Source of the DNA: Coniocarpon cinnabarinum
Lineage: Eukaryota
DNA: 64,000 bases
NCBI GenBank assembly: GCA_051942205.1
Contig: JAVECO010000057.1
Coordinates: 1-64,000 of the forward strand
Reading direction: 5' to 3'
A program made the position numbers and the translations under genes. Position 1 is the first letter of the stretch. Every line of letters begins with the position of its first letter. Below the pieces are notes generated by a model. The model was not told the DNA's origin. It was given only the letters and a program-made list of their open reading frames with translations, and did no database searches. Positions 36,074 through 46,650 of the stretch are shown here, one piece after another.

Positions 36074-37318
36074 ATGCACTCGCGCAACAATGCCTTTGGC
36101 GTGTGTGTTGGGCTCATTTTAGGGCTCGCTGGCCTGGTTCCCTCCGCTCTCGCGCAGAGCAACGCTCCCGGAAATGCCTCCAACTCCATGCGCTATGTTT
36201 TCGCTTTGTATATGCTCTCCGTCCACCCACCTTTCCGACGCACTCGCTGACACCTAGCAAGCGGAGATAGCTACACCGCCACCGGTTTTAACAGCTCACT
36301 TACACCACCAGCCGTGGGGAACCCTCTGGGCAACCCCGACTATCCCGGAGTGACGAGCGCAGTAAGTCATTCAATTGGAGCCTTTGCCCCTATGCTCCGC
36401 GGAGACTCCGTGCGGGCTGACATTGACTTTCAGGGCTACGGCAATGCCAACTGGATTGATGTGCTAATCCACGACCGTGCCCCGCCGAACACGCTATGCT
36501 ACAACTTTGCTTGGTTTGGTGCTACCGTTCTACGAAGCCCTGGTGATCCTCCTGTTGGCCAGTACTACGCCTTTGAAGACCAACTTGATGAATTCCAAAA
36601 CGTCAGAGAAATCGTCGATTGGCAATCTAGCAGCACATTGTTCCTGTCTTGGTTTGGAGTGAACGACGTTGCTCTGAATACCGTGTTGGGCATTTCGCTT
36701 GAAAATGGCGCCGATGCGACCAATCGCTATGACGGCATCATCACACCTTACTTTGACCAGCTCGATTTACTATATCAAGCAGGGGCGAGAGACTACCTCA
36801 TCTTGACGGTGCCTCCCGTCGATCGTGCTCCAGTGGCCATTGCAAAGGGATTTCAGAGTGTTGCAGATACGATGACAAACATTAGCGCATTCAACCAGGT
36901 CTTGAGAGATGAAGCACAGATCTTCCCCAACGAACATCCCGGCTCTCGCATAAGCATACTCGACACTTCTGTGTCTTTCAATCAAGTGCTGAATAACCCG
37001 TCGCAGTATGGTGCTTCGAGGAACGCGACTTGTGATAACTCTGATGGTCACACGTGCTTATGGTCAAACAACGCTCATCCGGCTTTTGCCATTCATCAAG
37101 CCCTGGGCCAAGCCGTCTATGATCAGTTGAATGATCTTGGGTTCTGGAGCGGCATGTACAGCGACGAGTCTGTCGACCCTTCTCCTCAACGATCGGGGTC
37201 GAGTAGTCTTCTTGCTACAAGTACATTATGGCTGAGCATCTTCGTTGTTGGCTTTGCTGTAGGAAGATCTGTCGGCCTCCGCGGAAGGTCTTGGTCGCGT
37301 GAACTCATGCTTGGCTGA
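36074..37318 (+). CDS. Secreted SGNH/GDSL esterase (CE16 acetylesterase-like) with C-terminal hydrophobic anchor
   Basis: Signal peptide. The first intron splits F|GDSYT. Also GNPLGNPDYPG, YNFAWFGATV, WFGVNDV and WSNNAHP. A second, in-frame intron lies at about 36362-36433. Confidence 0.85.
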
Positions 37319-37378
37319 GGGTTGGCCTGGCATCTGGCTCTTTCGGTCTAAGAGCTCGACTGCAGCTCCTTCTGACGG

Positions 37379-38191
37379 TCATCCCATCCCTGATCGAAAG
37401 ACCTGTAGGCTTCGTTGTGCGGTTGGCACGACATCTAGAGCCTTGACACTCACCTTTTCATTGCGACTCAACATCCAGACAGCGTTCTCCGCAACCTCGT
37501 CGGCAATCAAGGGCTCGTACCCAGCGATGAATTTCTGATACATCTCTTCGTTGTACGAAACACGCTGTTGATGGAAATGCGTTGCAACCACGCCAGGGCG
37601 GAGCGCTGGGACACGTATGTTCGTGTCCCGCAACTCTGTTCGCAAGGCGTTGGTGAAGGCTTCTTGACAAGCCTTACTTGCGTGGTAGACTGCTTCACCC
37701 GCAAATGGAGGCACTTCCAGGCCAGTTGTCGAAGTAACGTTTAGGATGGTCCCCCGCTTTCGCTCGAGCATGCCCCCAGCGTTGAGAACGGAGTAAGCTG
37801 CGTGCATCACGCCATTGATATTGGTGTCAGTCATCTGTGTGATGTCCGGCAGCTTCATTTTGGGGAACATAGACGGAGCTCCCAAAGCCAGACCAGCATT
37901 GTTTACCAGAACATCAATTGGCTTATTCCTGAAATAAGTCCGGGCGCTATGCATCGCGGTCTCGACACTCGAGTAGTCCCTTACATCCACTATCGAGGTC
38001 AACACGGACACCAAAGGCTTCTTGGCTACTGCAAGAGTTTTCTGTATGTCCTTGGCAACATCGTCGAGTTTCTCTTCTGTTCGAGCCATTAGGACTACGT
38101 CGGCTCCTGCATGAGCCACCGCTTTGGCGACTGCCGCGCCAATGCCCATACTAGCGCCTGTCACAGCGATAAGCTGACCCTCCAGTGACAT
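37379..38191 (-). CDS. Short-chain dehydrogenase/reductase (YdfG/YMR226C-like NADP-dependent 3-hydroxy acid dehydrogenase)
   Basis: TGASMGIG, LVNNAGLALG, YHASK catalytic motif and LRPGVVATHFH. Possible frameshift in the last codons (see findings). Confidence 0.88.
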   Translation of the reverse strand: MSLEGQLIAVTGASMGIGAAVAKAVAHAGADVVLMARTEEKLDDVAKDIQKTLAVAKKPLVSVLTSIVDVRDYSSVETAMHSARTYFRNKPIDVLVNNAGLALGAPSMFPKMKLPDITQMTDTNINGVMHAAYSVLNAGGMLERKRGTILNVTSTTGLEVPPFAGEAVYHASKACQEAFTNALRTELRDTNIRVPALRPGVVATHFHQQRVSYNEEMYQKFIAGYEPLIADEVAENAVWMLSRNEKVSVKALDVVPTAQRSLQVFRSGMG

Positions 38192-38938
38192 ATTGAGGGA
38201 CTCAGAAGACGAAACAACTCAGGGTGGTCGTTCGTCCTGCTGGACGTCGAAGCGCAGACAAATGGTGAGCAAGGTGCCCACGTTTCCGCTGCGAGCTTTG
38301 ACGTCATCGGCACTTGGGAAGACCATTTCTCAAATCCTCCGTTTGTCAACATTACAGTTGCTGGCTCGAGAGTACAAGCTCGGGTTCCACGCACGACACA
38401 AATGTCTCTAGCCTGGATTTGTCAAGAGGCAGATAAAGCCAGGCACCTGACGAAGCTTGACCGCCTTGTTCATCTGCCTGTTCGCCAATACTTGGACGGG
38501 TTCGGCCGACCGTTCCCTGATTGATGGCAGTCAAGAACCTGTGGGCGACCTTGTGGATGCACAGACACGATGCTGACCACTCAATGCTGCGAAGTTGTCA
38601 AGCTCTGCGAACGAAAAAAATTGCAATTTTCTTGAGCACCAGCCACCGCCCGGTGCTGCTTGTTGCATCAGGCAGCATCCATCATCATCATCACCAATAA
38701 AAAGTCGTCAATGTCCAAGGTCGCGTTCGAGTGGCACGAGCTCGCAGTCACCTAGCCAGTCATCGCTCATAGCTGTGAATATAAAGCTTCCAGTGGAAGA
38801 AGCCAGCACCTTCTTCCTTTCCATTGGTACAAATCTCACTCCTTTCGCGCTTTGGGAAACTTTTCGCAGCGACATATTTACCAGAAGCCTTCACAGATAA
38901 CAACCTAAGACACAACAGATACTTCTGCATCGGCATCA

Positions 38939-40507
38939 ATGGCCAGCACAACTCAGCTAGGAGATAGCACCAACACACGCCAACCCACCCTGCATGAAGT
39001 CTACCAGGAACTGCCGTACATCGATGAAGTCACTGGGCTTCTCACGAAGCAGGTGAAGGTCTTGATCAACAGCGCAATCCGTAAAGTGTTTCTCGATCAC
39101 GGTGTTGAGGACAAGTATGGGTTGGGATTGCTCCACAAGCATTTTGCCATTGAGGTCAGCATCAAGTCCATCCATGTTTATGCAGTGGTAGATTTTGGGT
39201 CCCTCCAGCCCAGCCCATTACGAGCTCTGGCTATGCATGTGTTTGCTGGCTACGAAATCAGCCATCGATAGGCGCTCATACTAATGTCATGTGTTAACAG
39301 GTCAGCGTTGAATTCGAAACAGGAAGATTCTTGTGAAAGCAGCAGCATTCTTACATCTTGGATCCTAGCCTCACGAACGTCTTGTCGAACATGGGCACAC
39401 AACGGCACCATGGGAGATCGGCGAAAGCCAAGAATATGCCACTGCCATTCCGTACGTGTGCAAGCTTACAATTGTCTGCGTTTTTAGCAGCATCTGTGTT
39501 GACGGATCAAAACTTCCAGTCATGGCATTGGTTTCGTAATGCCTAAATCTTACCGATTCCTGGGCGACGAGGCTGTCCCATATGAGTTCGCATACTCTCC
39601 CACGCCTTCGACCACAACGCTCTCTTCAGTTGAATCACACTTTTTCCTCGCGCTAAGCCAAACCTTGCATCAACTTCGGCTTCAAGATCTCTTTGGTGTG
39701 CAGAATATTGAAACGTTTGATCCTTATTACGGCCTTGAGATTACGGTGAATCGCTCGAATACCATGGTCCACGCACCTGACAAGCTTGACAAGGACAAAG
39801 TTGAAGCGTGCTGGATATTCAGTGACCGTTTCGAGAGAGACAGAGACCACAAGACATTAGATTCGGAGCTCTCGAACGAGACAAATAAGGGCGAGAAGCT
39901 TGGGGCGTTTGATGCAAAGCCAAAGGGTGTTGAGTCGTGCTCCCAGACGGCTCGAAACAACTTCCGGTGGGTAATGGACGTGACGCGGTTGTTTGATTCG
40001 TGATGGACCCGGACTAACACAGAGTACTAGCTGCGACCCCGAGAGTGGCGATGGCAGCGGCAATTCAGACCTTAAGAAGGTGTGCGTCAAGGCATATTGT
40101 GACCAGATCATTTCCAAGCATCGGTGAGTTCCATTTAGTGTAGTAGATGAAGAGTTGGCAACGACCCACTCTCACACAGATCGCTAGCCATGATAGCAAG
40201 GTCGGAAAATAGCAAGACCTGGAAGTAAGCAAGCTGGATCTCTCGTTCTATCGGAACGCTTTCAACATCAAATACGACGCTCCTCTTTGATTCGTGATCA
40301 TTGGACTAACAGTAAATACTAGCTACCACGCCGACAGTGGTGAAGACAGCGGCAGTGCAGACCGCAAGAAACAGTGCTTCAAGTCACTTTGTGACCTATC
40401 TATTACCAGACATCGGTGAGTCTCATTCAGAGTAATAGATGTAGGTTTGGCAACGAAACACTCACACACATATTGCTAGCCATGATAGCAAGGTCGGGAA
40501 ACCATGA
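38939..40507 (+). CDS. Uncharacterised His/Cys-motif protein (GLGLLHKHF..ERLVE..PW..PYEF..CxxxxC-x6-HRH) with two alternative 3' exon cassettes
   Basis: Exons 38939-39154, 39369-39451 and 39520-39966, then either 40031-40123 + 40188-40212 (287 aa) or 40323-40415 + 40480-40507 (288 aa). All junctions are GT-AG and phase-compatible. Confidence 0.7.
39991..40507. repeat. Tandem duplication (period 292 bp across the exons) covering branch site, exon, intron and terminal exon
   Basis: tttgattcgtgat..ggactaaca..tactagct and catcggtgagt..gctagccatgatagcaaggtcgg each occur twice. Confidence 0.92.
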
Positions 40508-41591
40508 TGAAATGATCCGAAAGGGATCAATTTGAATATCTTCCACAGAGCGCTTGTAACAGACGTAGAGCGCCCAGTCCTACTGGTGCTTGGTCGCAAA
40601 TGAACCATGTCCGAACAAAAACATCTTGGGCTCAGTCCTGCTCTCTTCCGTTCTCACGCCATCCGACAGACCAGTCCTGGTCACAAGATAAGAAAACATC
40701 TTTTGCTGCTCGGTAGTGCATACACAGCGTGAAGATAGATATCTTCTCGCCTAGTCTGGTGCCCGCGAAGATCGCGCTACTATGACCAAGACTTTACTTC
40801 AAGGATTGAAGAAAAAGATGTCAGAAAGTATTAAGCGAATCATGATCCTGCGTGCGCTTTCTCGGCCAAGGTTGTAGGTTACAAACGCTTCGAGAGCGTT
40901 CAAATGCTGGTGAAAAGTCTGGTACGTGCAGCTTCGACGTCAGTACATTCAAAGCATCTGCATAGTGTCTGAGTGATAGGTCGATGTGTTGGACTAATCG
41001 AGCCGCCGATTCGAGTGCATGGCTTTTTGCATCTCCAGTTGCCCTTGCACTACGTAAATACAGCGGCAAGCCAGCGGCAAGGCGTTTTTCACTAATGCGG
41101 CTTCAGTGTTTCGCCTTGCGGAAGGCCGCCCGGCGTTCAAAAAGCCGGGCAACTTATGCACAAGGCGGGCCAGCCTTGTGTGCAGTCACGCAGTCCTCTG
41201 TTGCTTTTGCCTGGCCCCAAACAAGACATTATTCATTGCCACCCACACAATACCGTGAGGCATCGGCTCTAAACCCTTCACGGTTCAATCGTTACTACAA
41301 TCAGGCTCGCCCCTACCCATATTCCGAGTCTAGATAGGCGCTACTGATCACCTCGCAGCCACTAACTTCCCGCCTAGCATTGCGACCCAGTTGACTACCG
41401 GACTAACTACGCCGCATCTTGTGCTCCATGCAGCTTGGCCCTCGTCCAACGCCTATCACGCGAGCTCTCTTAAAGGTTCGCGCGACCCCAGAAATGCTTT
41501 CACTATCGTCGCTTCGCTCCAGGGCGCCCGTCCACAATCCCAGTGGGCTCAAGGACTGTACCGGGTGGAGAGGCTCCATTGCGCGGCTATT

Positions 41592-44148
41592 ATGGATTCA
41601 TGGATCAAATCAATTGGTCCTTTCTTGTTTCTTACACACGCCCTCGCAGCCACCTCAGCGAATGACGGCAACATCAGATCCTCCTCGACTTCAACCGTTC
41701 ATGAGACTCTCACCTTTACAAGTCGGGCCACACCCTCCTTATCGACCCCTGCTGGTCCCATGTCACCTAGCACTGGCTCATGGAATGGTATAACAAATGC
41801 GACTAACACCTCTGTACAGCCAAACATCACTCCGGCTCCGCAGTGCGGTGCTCGCTGTGAGCTCGATCCGTATGAGCCATCGGTGCTCATTGGTGGATGG
41901 GACGGCAACGTTTTTAATACTACTGTGGAGGCTTTTACTGAGTTTGTCTACATCAACAACCGCACCAACACCACTCGCACGTCTACCGTCACTAACGAAG
42001 AGGTCATACGTGACTTCCCTCTGCCTACTGAAACAAATGCCAATGGCACCCGCACCACCCAGCTGACCCACGAGCTGCCGCACCTTGGCATTACCACCAC
42101 CATCGAACTCGCGTATCCTACCACTACAGACTTGATCGCCGACTATTTCAAGTGGAATGGCACCCTCTCAACCTCTGGTTCATGCGTGACCTATGAGTCC
42201 CGCCATACACAGTATTACAAGTCTTCCGTATCAGTGCCTGCAGGACCATTCCTGTCCGATACCGACGATCCCCGTGGGTGGTACCACACTTGGCAACCAG
42301 AAGCAATCCAGCCATTTCGCTTCGAATCGTTTGCGGCAATCTACCTTGATGAACTTGCTCTGCACGAGTGTCCCTATGGGCCCGCCTCAGCTTCTTCGCC
42401 TGGGCAAACTTTCGAGGTTGCTTCGGTACGTTTCGATGTCGTGTGCCCTTGTCCGTCAAGTGATTATGCTGATCAATGAGATCCAAGTTCGCTACTATCA
42501 CATCTACGGTACCTGAGATAAATCCGCCAACAAGCTCTACAATGCCCGCGCCTCCATCGACACCCAAGCGACCCCCTTTGCAAACGTATGTTCATTTGCT
42601 CGCTCGAAATGTCAACTCCTGCCGTGTGTGACATCTACTAACACAAACTTTAGTGATACCTCGAGCTCTGGTCCAATCCCGGCTATTTCTTCTTCTCAGA
42701 GCTCAACACCCCCTGCACCAACGGAACTTGCGCCAGCACAAGCAGTCGAGGAGACTGACCTCGACGCCCAAAGTCACATGAGCACTCGTGTAATCAAACC
42801 TCCTTCTCAGCAACCCTCGTCTTTCCCGCCGCCAGCGCCAATGGAAGCAATTCAGGAGACCAGCCTTGACTCGCAAACTCACATGAGCACTCGTGTGATT
42901 GAACCCACTTCTCAGGAGCCCTCTTTTCTACCACCGCCGCCACCTATTGATTCGGTTTCTGGGCCCGTCCCATCTCAAGCTGGGATACAACCGCCTCGAC
43001 AATCAAGCAATCCGGCGTCTGTTCTAGTAGCTACCCAGTCGCAGTCCCAGCCTCAACCTCAAGCTCACAATCCGGCCCCCGTATCGGAAACTTCTCAAGT
43101 TGGATCTAGACCTGTAGCACAGTCGAGCATCGAGGCAGCACCAGTACCGACCAATCTCGCCCCTATATCAAATCCTGGCCCTGGGACGAGCGCACCAGCA
43201 GCCATGCCAGTAACGATTGGCAGCTCAACAATCAATCTGCAGCCAGCAGTGCAGCAGAATGCGCCCCAAGCAGCGGCGACTCCTGGCTCGACCACCAGCG
43301 CACAAACACAAGGTTTGATTGCCAATGTGGTCGCCTCAGCCATAGCTGCACCATTCTTCCCAGCCGGCTCATCTTCAAACGCTCCTGAGTCCAACGCAGG
43401 CTCCGCCTCCCAACATGCCTTCGTGTTGGGCTCGCAAACTCTAACGCCTGGCGGTTCGGCACTCACAGTAGCTGGGACGTCTGTTTCCATGCCTGCGAAT
43501 GCGAACAATATCGTTGTTGGTTCCAGTACTCGAGCGTTGCCGTCTGTAGCTGCTGTTGCTGCGTCACAGGGCAATGCAGCTGTCAGTTCGGGTGTGGTAC
43601 TAGGCGCTTCAACGGATGATACTGGATCTACTATCGACGGTGCGACGTTTCTGCCTGGCGCGAGCGCTGTTGCAATGGGTGCGTCATCGTTATCGGACTT
43701 TACGACAGAGCACGCTGCTAACCTTGACACAGGCGGGAGTACGATGCCAGTAAACTATTTCACACCCCAAGATGCGAGCAATCCGACTACCTACGCCGTC
43801 TTCGGTAGCCGCACCGTCGCTGTCGGTGCGAGAACGACGCAGACGGAAACTAGCCCGCCGAGGACAGGCGCTGAGGGGGCAACTGCCTCGGTCGCGGCGG
43901 CATCAGGAGCGACTTTAAGTAGCGAGACCGACGATGATGAGGGTGAAAGTACCGTCGCAAGCACCGACGATGGAGTAAGCTCTACGAGGGCACCGAACCC
44001 TTCGTCAGTGACTTTGGGTGGTGGGTCAGCTGCTAGCGCTACGGCGAGTGCTTCGAACATCGTCTCGAATGGAGCTGGACGTCTACCTGCAGATGTCGGG
44101 TTGCTCATCAAAGTGCTGGCCGTGATGGCTGTGGGTCTAATGATTTAA
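41592..44148 (+). CDS. Secreted Ser/Thr/Pro-rich cell-surface protein, probably GPI-anchored
   Basis: Signal peptide MDSWIKSIGPFLFLTHALA and a Cys-containing N-terminal domain. Introns at about 42427-42487 and 42586-42653. Two 35-aa internal repeats (ETDLDAQSHMSTRVI / ETSLDSQTHMSTRVI; 42751 and 42856), GSQTLTPGGSALTVAGTSVS-type repeats and C-terminal SNGAGR plus hydrophobic tail. Confidence 0.78.
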
Positions 44149-46650
44149 GTAGCGATACTGTATCGTCTCACAAAGAAATGTTAATACATATAATTACAGA
44201 AGGCTTTTCTAGAGCCTAGCACTTTTGTGATCTGAAATTTGCTATGACCATGCACTGGCTACTAATTCCACGATCGTTATTCATCTGGACGCAAGGAGCT
44301 GAGTTCAGACCGTAAGTCTCATGTTTGCTGCTTATTTCTGCTCCCCAATAGCAAGTCGCCATGTTGCAGGCCTTGTTACATATCATTTACAACGGCTTTG
44401 AGAGCAGACTGACAAGGATAACAAAAAGGCTGTATCCAAGACGACTTTTAACGCGTCTCGTTGCATTCGAGGCCACGAAAGCGACTCCTCCATGATGCTC
44501 GGACCTCGGAGCAATCGCGCGACAGATCTCTTTTCCGACGTGGTCACTTCTCTTCCCAGGGCTCCAGCTCACGTATCATCTGCGATTGCCAGGCCTTGAA
44601 CGTTTGGCGCAACTCCTCGCGCGCGGTCTAGACGATTATGACCATGTCAGCTCGAAGGATCTCTATCAATGATTCTGCCAATTAGCGACACGACGTGACC
44701 TGCTCTGGCTCGCTTGCCGGCAATATTTCTGAGCTGCAGATCTGGCTCTGCGGACATGACATGCTCGGGAGCACATTCGTTCTGCAATCAGAAACACTCA
44801 CTTTTTGCTCGGAATCCGGGTCACACCAGTCGCAGCCACCGAAGGGACAATTCAAGAATGGTCCGAGCCCTCTCACCTCGGTGAACTGCATGGGAGGTGT
44901 CAGTGGCATGCTCCCGCGCGCAGTGAACCAGGCTTCACAAATGACTGTGTCCTCGTTCTTAACCCGCACAGACGGCCAGAATTACAGAACCCAAATGAGA
45001 GGTGCTTGTCGCGCAGCACAGCCGCTGCGAGGATTGGCACATCACAACTTACCAAGTTACGGCCGCACCACTCCAGCTCCTCTTGGCTCACGGGATCGGG
45101 TCCGGAACTGCTCGATAGACTGACCATGCATCGTTGCGCGAATTGGGCATCCATTTCGATCTCTATGCACATGCTTCTGAAAGCGGCCGTGACAGCACTT
45201 CCGAGGTATTGCCCTGTGCCTAGCTGGATGATTTCCTGTTGCTCTGACATGGGCTGGCGAGAAGCGCGAGTGAATGGCTGTGTGATACAATGGAGGATGT
45301 GGGATGTGACCTCACAGACGTAAGACATGATGATGCCCATTGTGAACTTGTTGGACTTGATGTCGAAGATGTCGCCAGACCGCGAAGTGTAGGTTTGAAG
45401 ATTTCCGTGGAGCTCTTGCCTGTCAGATGTGCTATCACGTGTCAAAGAGCAGATGGAAAGAGTCGTGCTGCCTTCGTTTGACGTTCTTCGTTGGCAAGAG
45501 AGGCGTGCTATCGTCCTGTCGTCCGTTTCCACCTTGACCTTTTGCTTCGCATGCTGGATACTACGTATTAAGAGGCCTACGGACGAGACGTGTGGTGCAA
45601 TCCTGTCTTCAAGCATCGACGAATCATCATGGTCACGATAGCACTTTCATACTTGTCATTGCCGACGCCAATGAGTCGCAAGAGAAAGCCTCAAATCCTC
45701 CTCAAGACTTCTATCTTCCATTTGCAGCATATGATGTAGAATGAAGTAGCGTGTGCTTGCAACTCGGTATAATTAACATTGACGAAAAACTTTGAGGTGC
45801 CCCGTCTTGTAATGGCTAAATACTTGCAAAATTTCCGAGCTGCACATAACGACAGGGTCAATCTGAATAAGAACCCAACAGACGGGCTACTAGTGCCAGT
45901 CCATTTTAAATAAGACGGCGCCCGATAGCTAGGAGTGGGTAAAACTAACTGAGAAGTCCAGTAGGACGAAAGGTGATGTTTTGCGCCTTTGAATTTAACG
46001 AAAGAAGTCCAATTGAAAGCGTTAAAGGTCCGCAAACATAATTTTAGTACTCAACTCGCCCATACAAGCTTTTTTAGTAAGCCTAAAAGTTGTACGTATG
46101 GGTTGCTGTTGTCATCGTCGCCTGAGTAAGGTGAGACGATTGGGCAGGGTGAGTAGTCGCACAGCTTACCCTGCCCAGAATGTATATATCTTACCCTGCC
46201 AAATAAACACCGGCGACAATACCCGTGACTTGTTTAGGCTCTCTGGATACCAAAACAACGTTCGCGGACGCTTCAACGCTTCTATTGACCTCCCTCTAGT
46301 TGCATTCAAACGTGTAGAACATTGATTTCGTCATACTCCGTGCTGGACTTCGGGTTTGATTATACCGAAGCGGAACTATGGGCTTCCATAATTAAATTTG
46401 GCGCGTCAGCGATCTTGCCACCGACTCCGCCATCCTTCACGAGTGTAGATATCCTGCCGATGTTGGGAGAAACGCCATTAAACTCGTGAATTTCAAGGTA
46501 TCATCATTATGCAATTAGCGTCTATATATATATGCGGATGTCGTGACTGGTACATGTACAAGCGTGCTCCGCGACCGCTCTACAGGTAGTCTCTGAATGT
46601 GCTTTTGACGGCCGTAATTACATCTTCCATCTCCCGTCTTCGTTGCTTGC

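Noticed and set aside
39991..40507. CRISPR-like or LTR-like interpretation of the direct repeats
   Set aside because: Eukaryotic DNA, only two long diverged copies, no spacers, cas genes, TG..CA ends or internal retroelement ORF. Exon structure explains the repeat.
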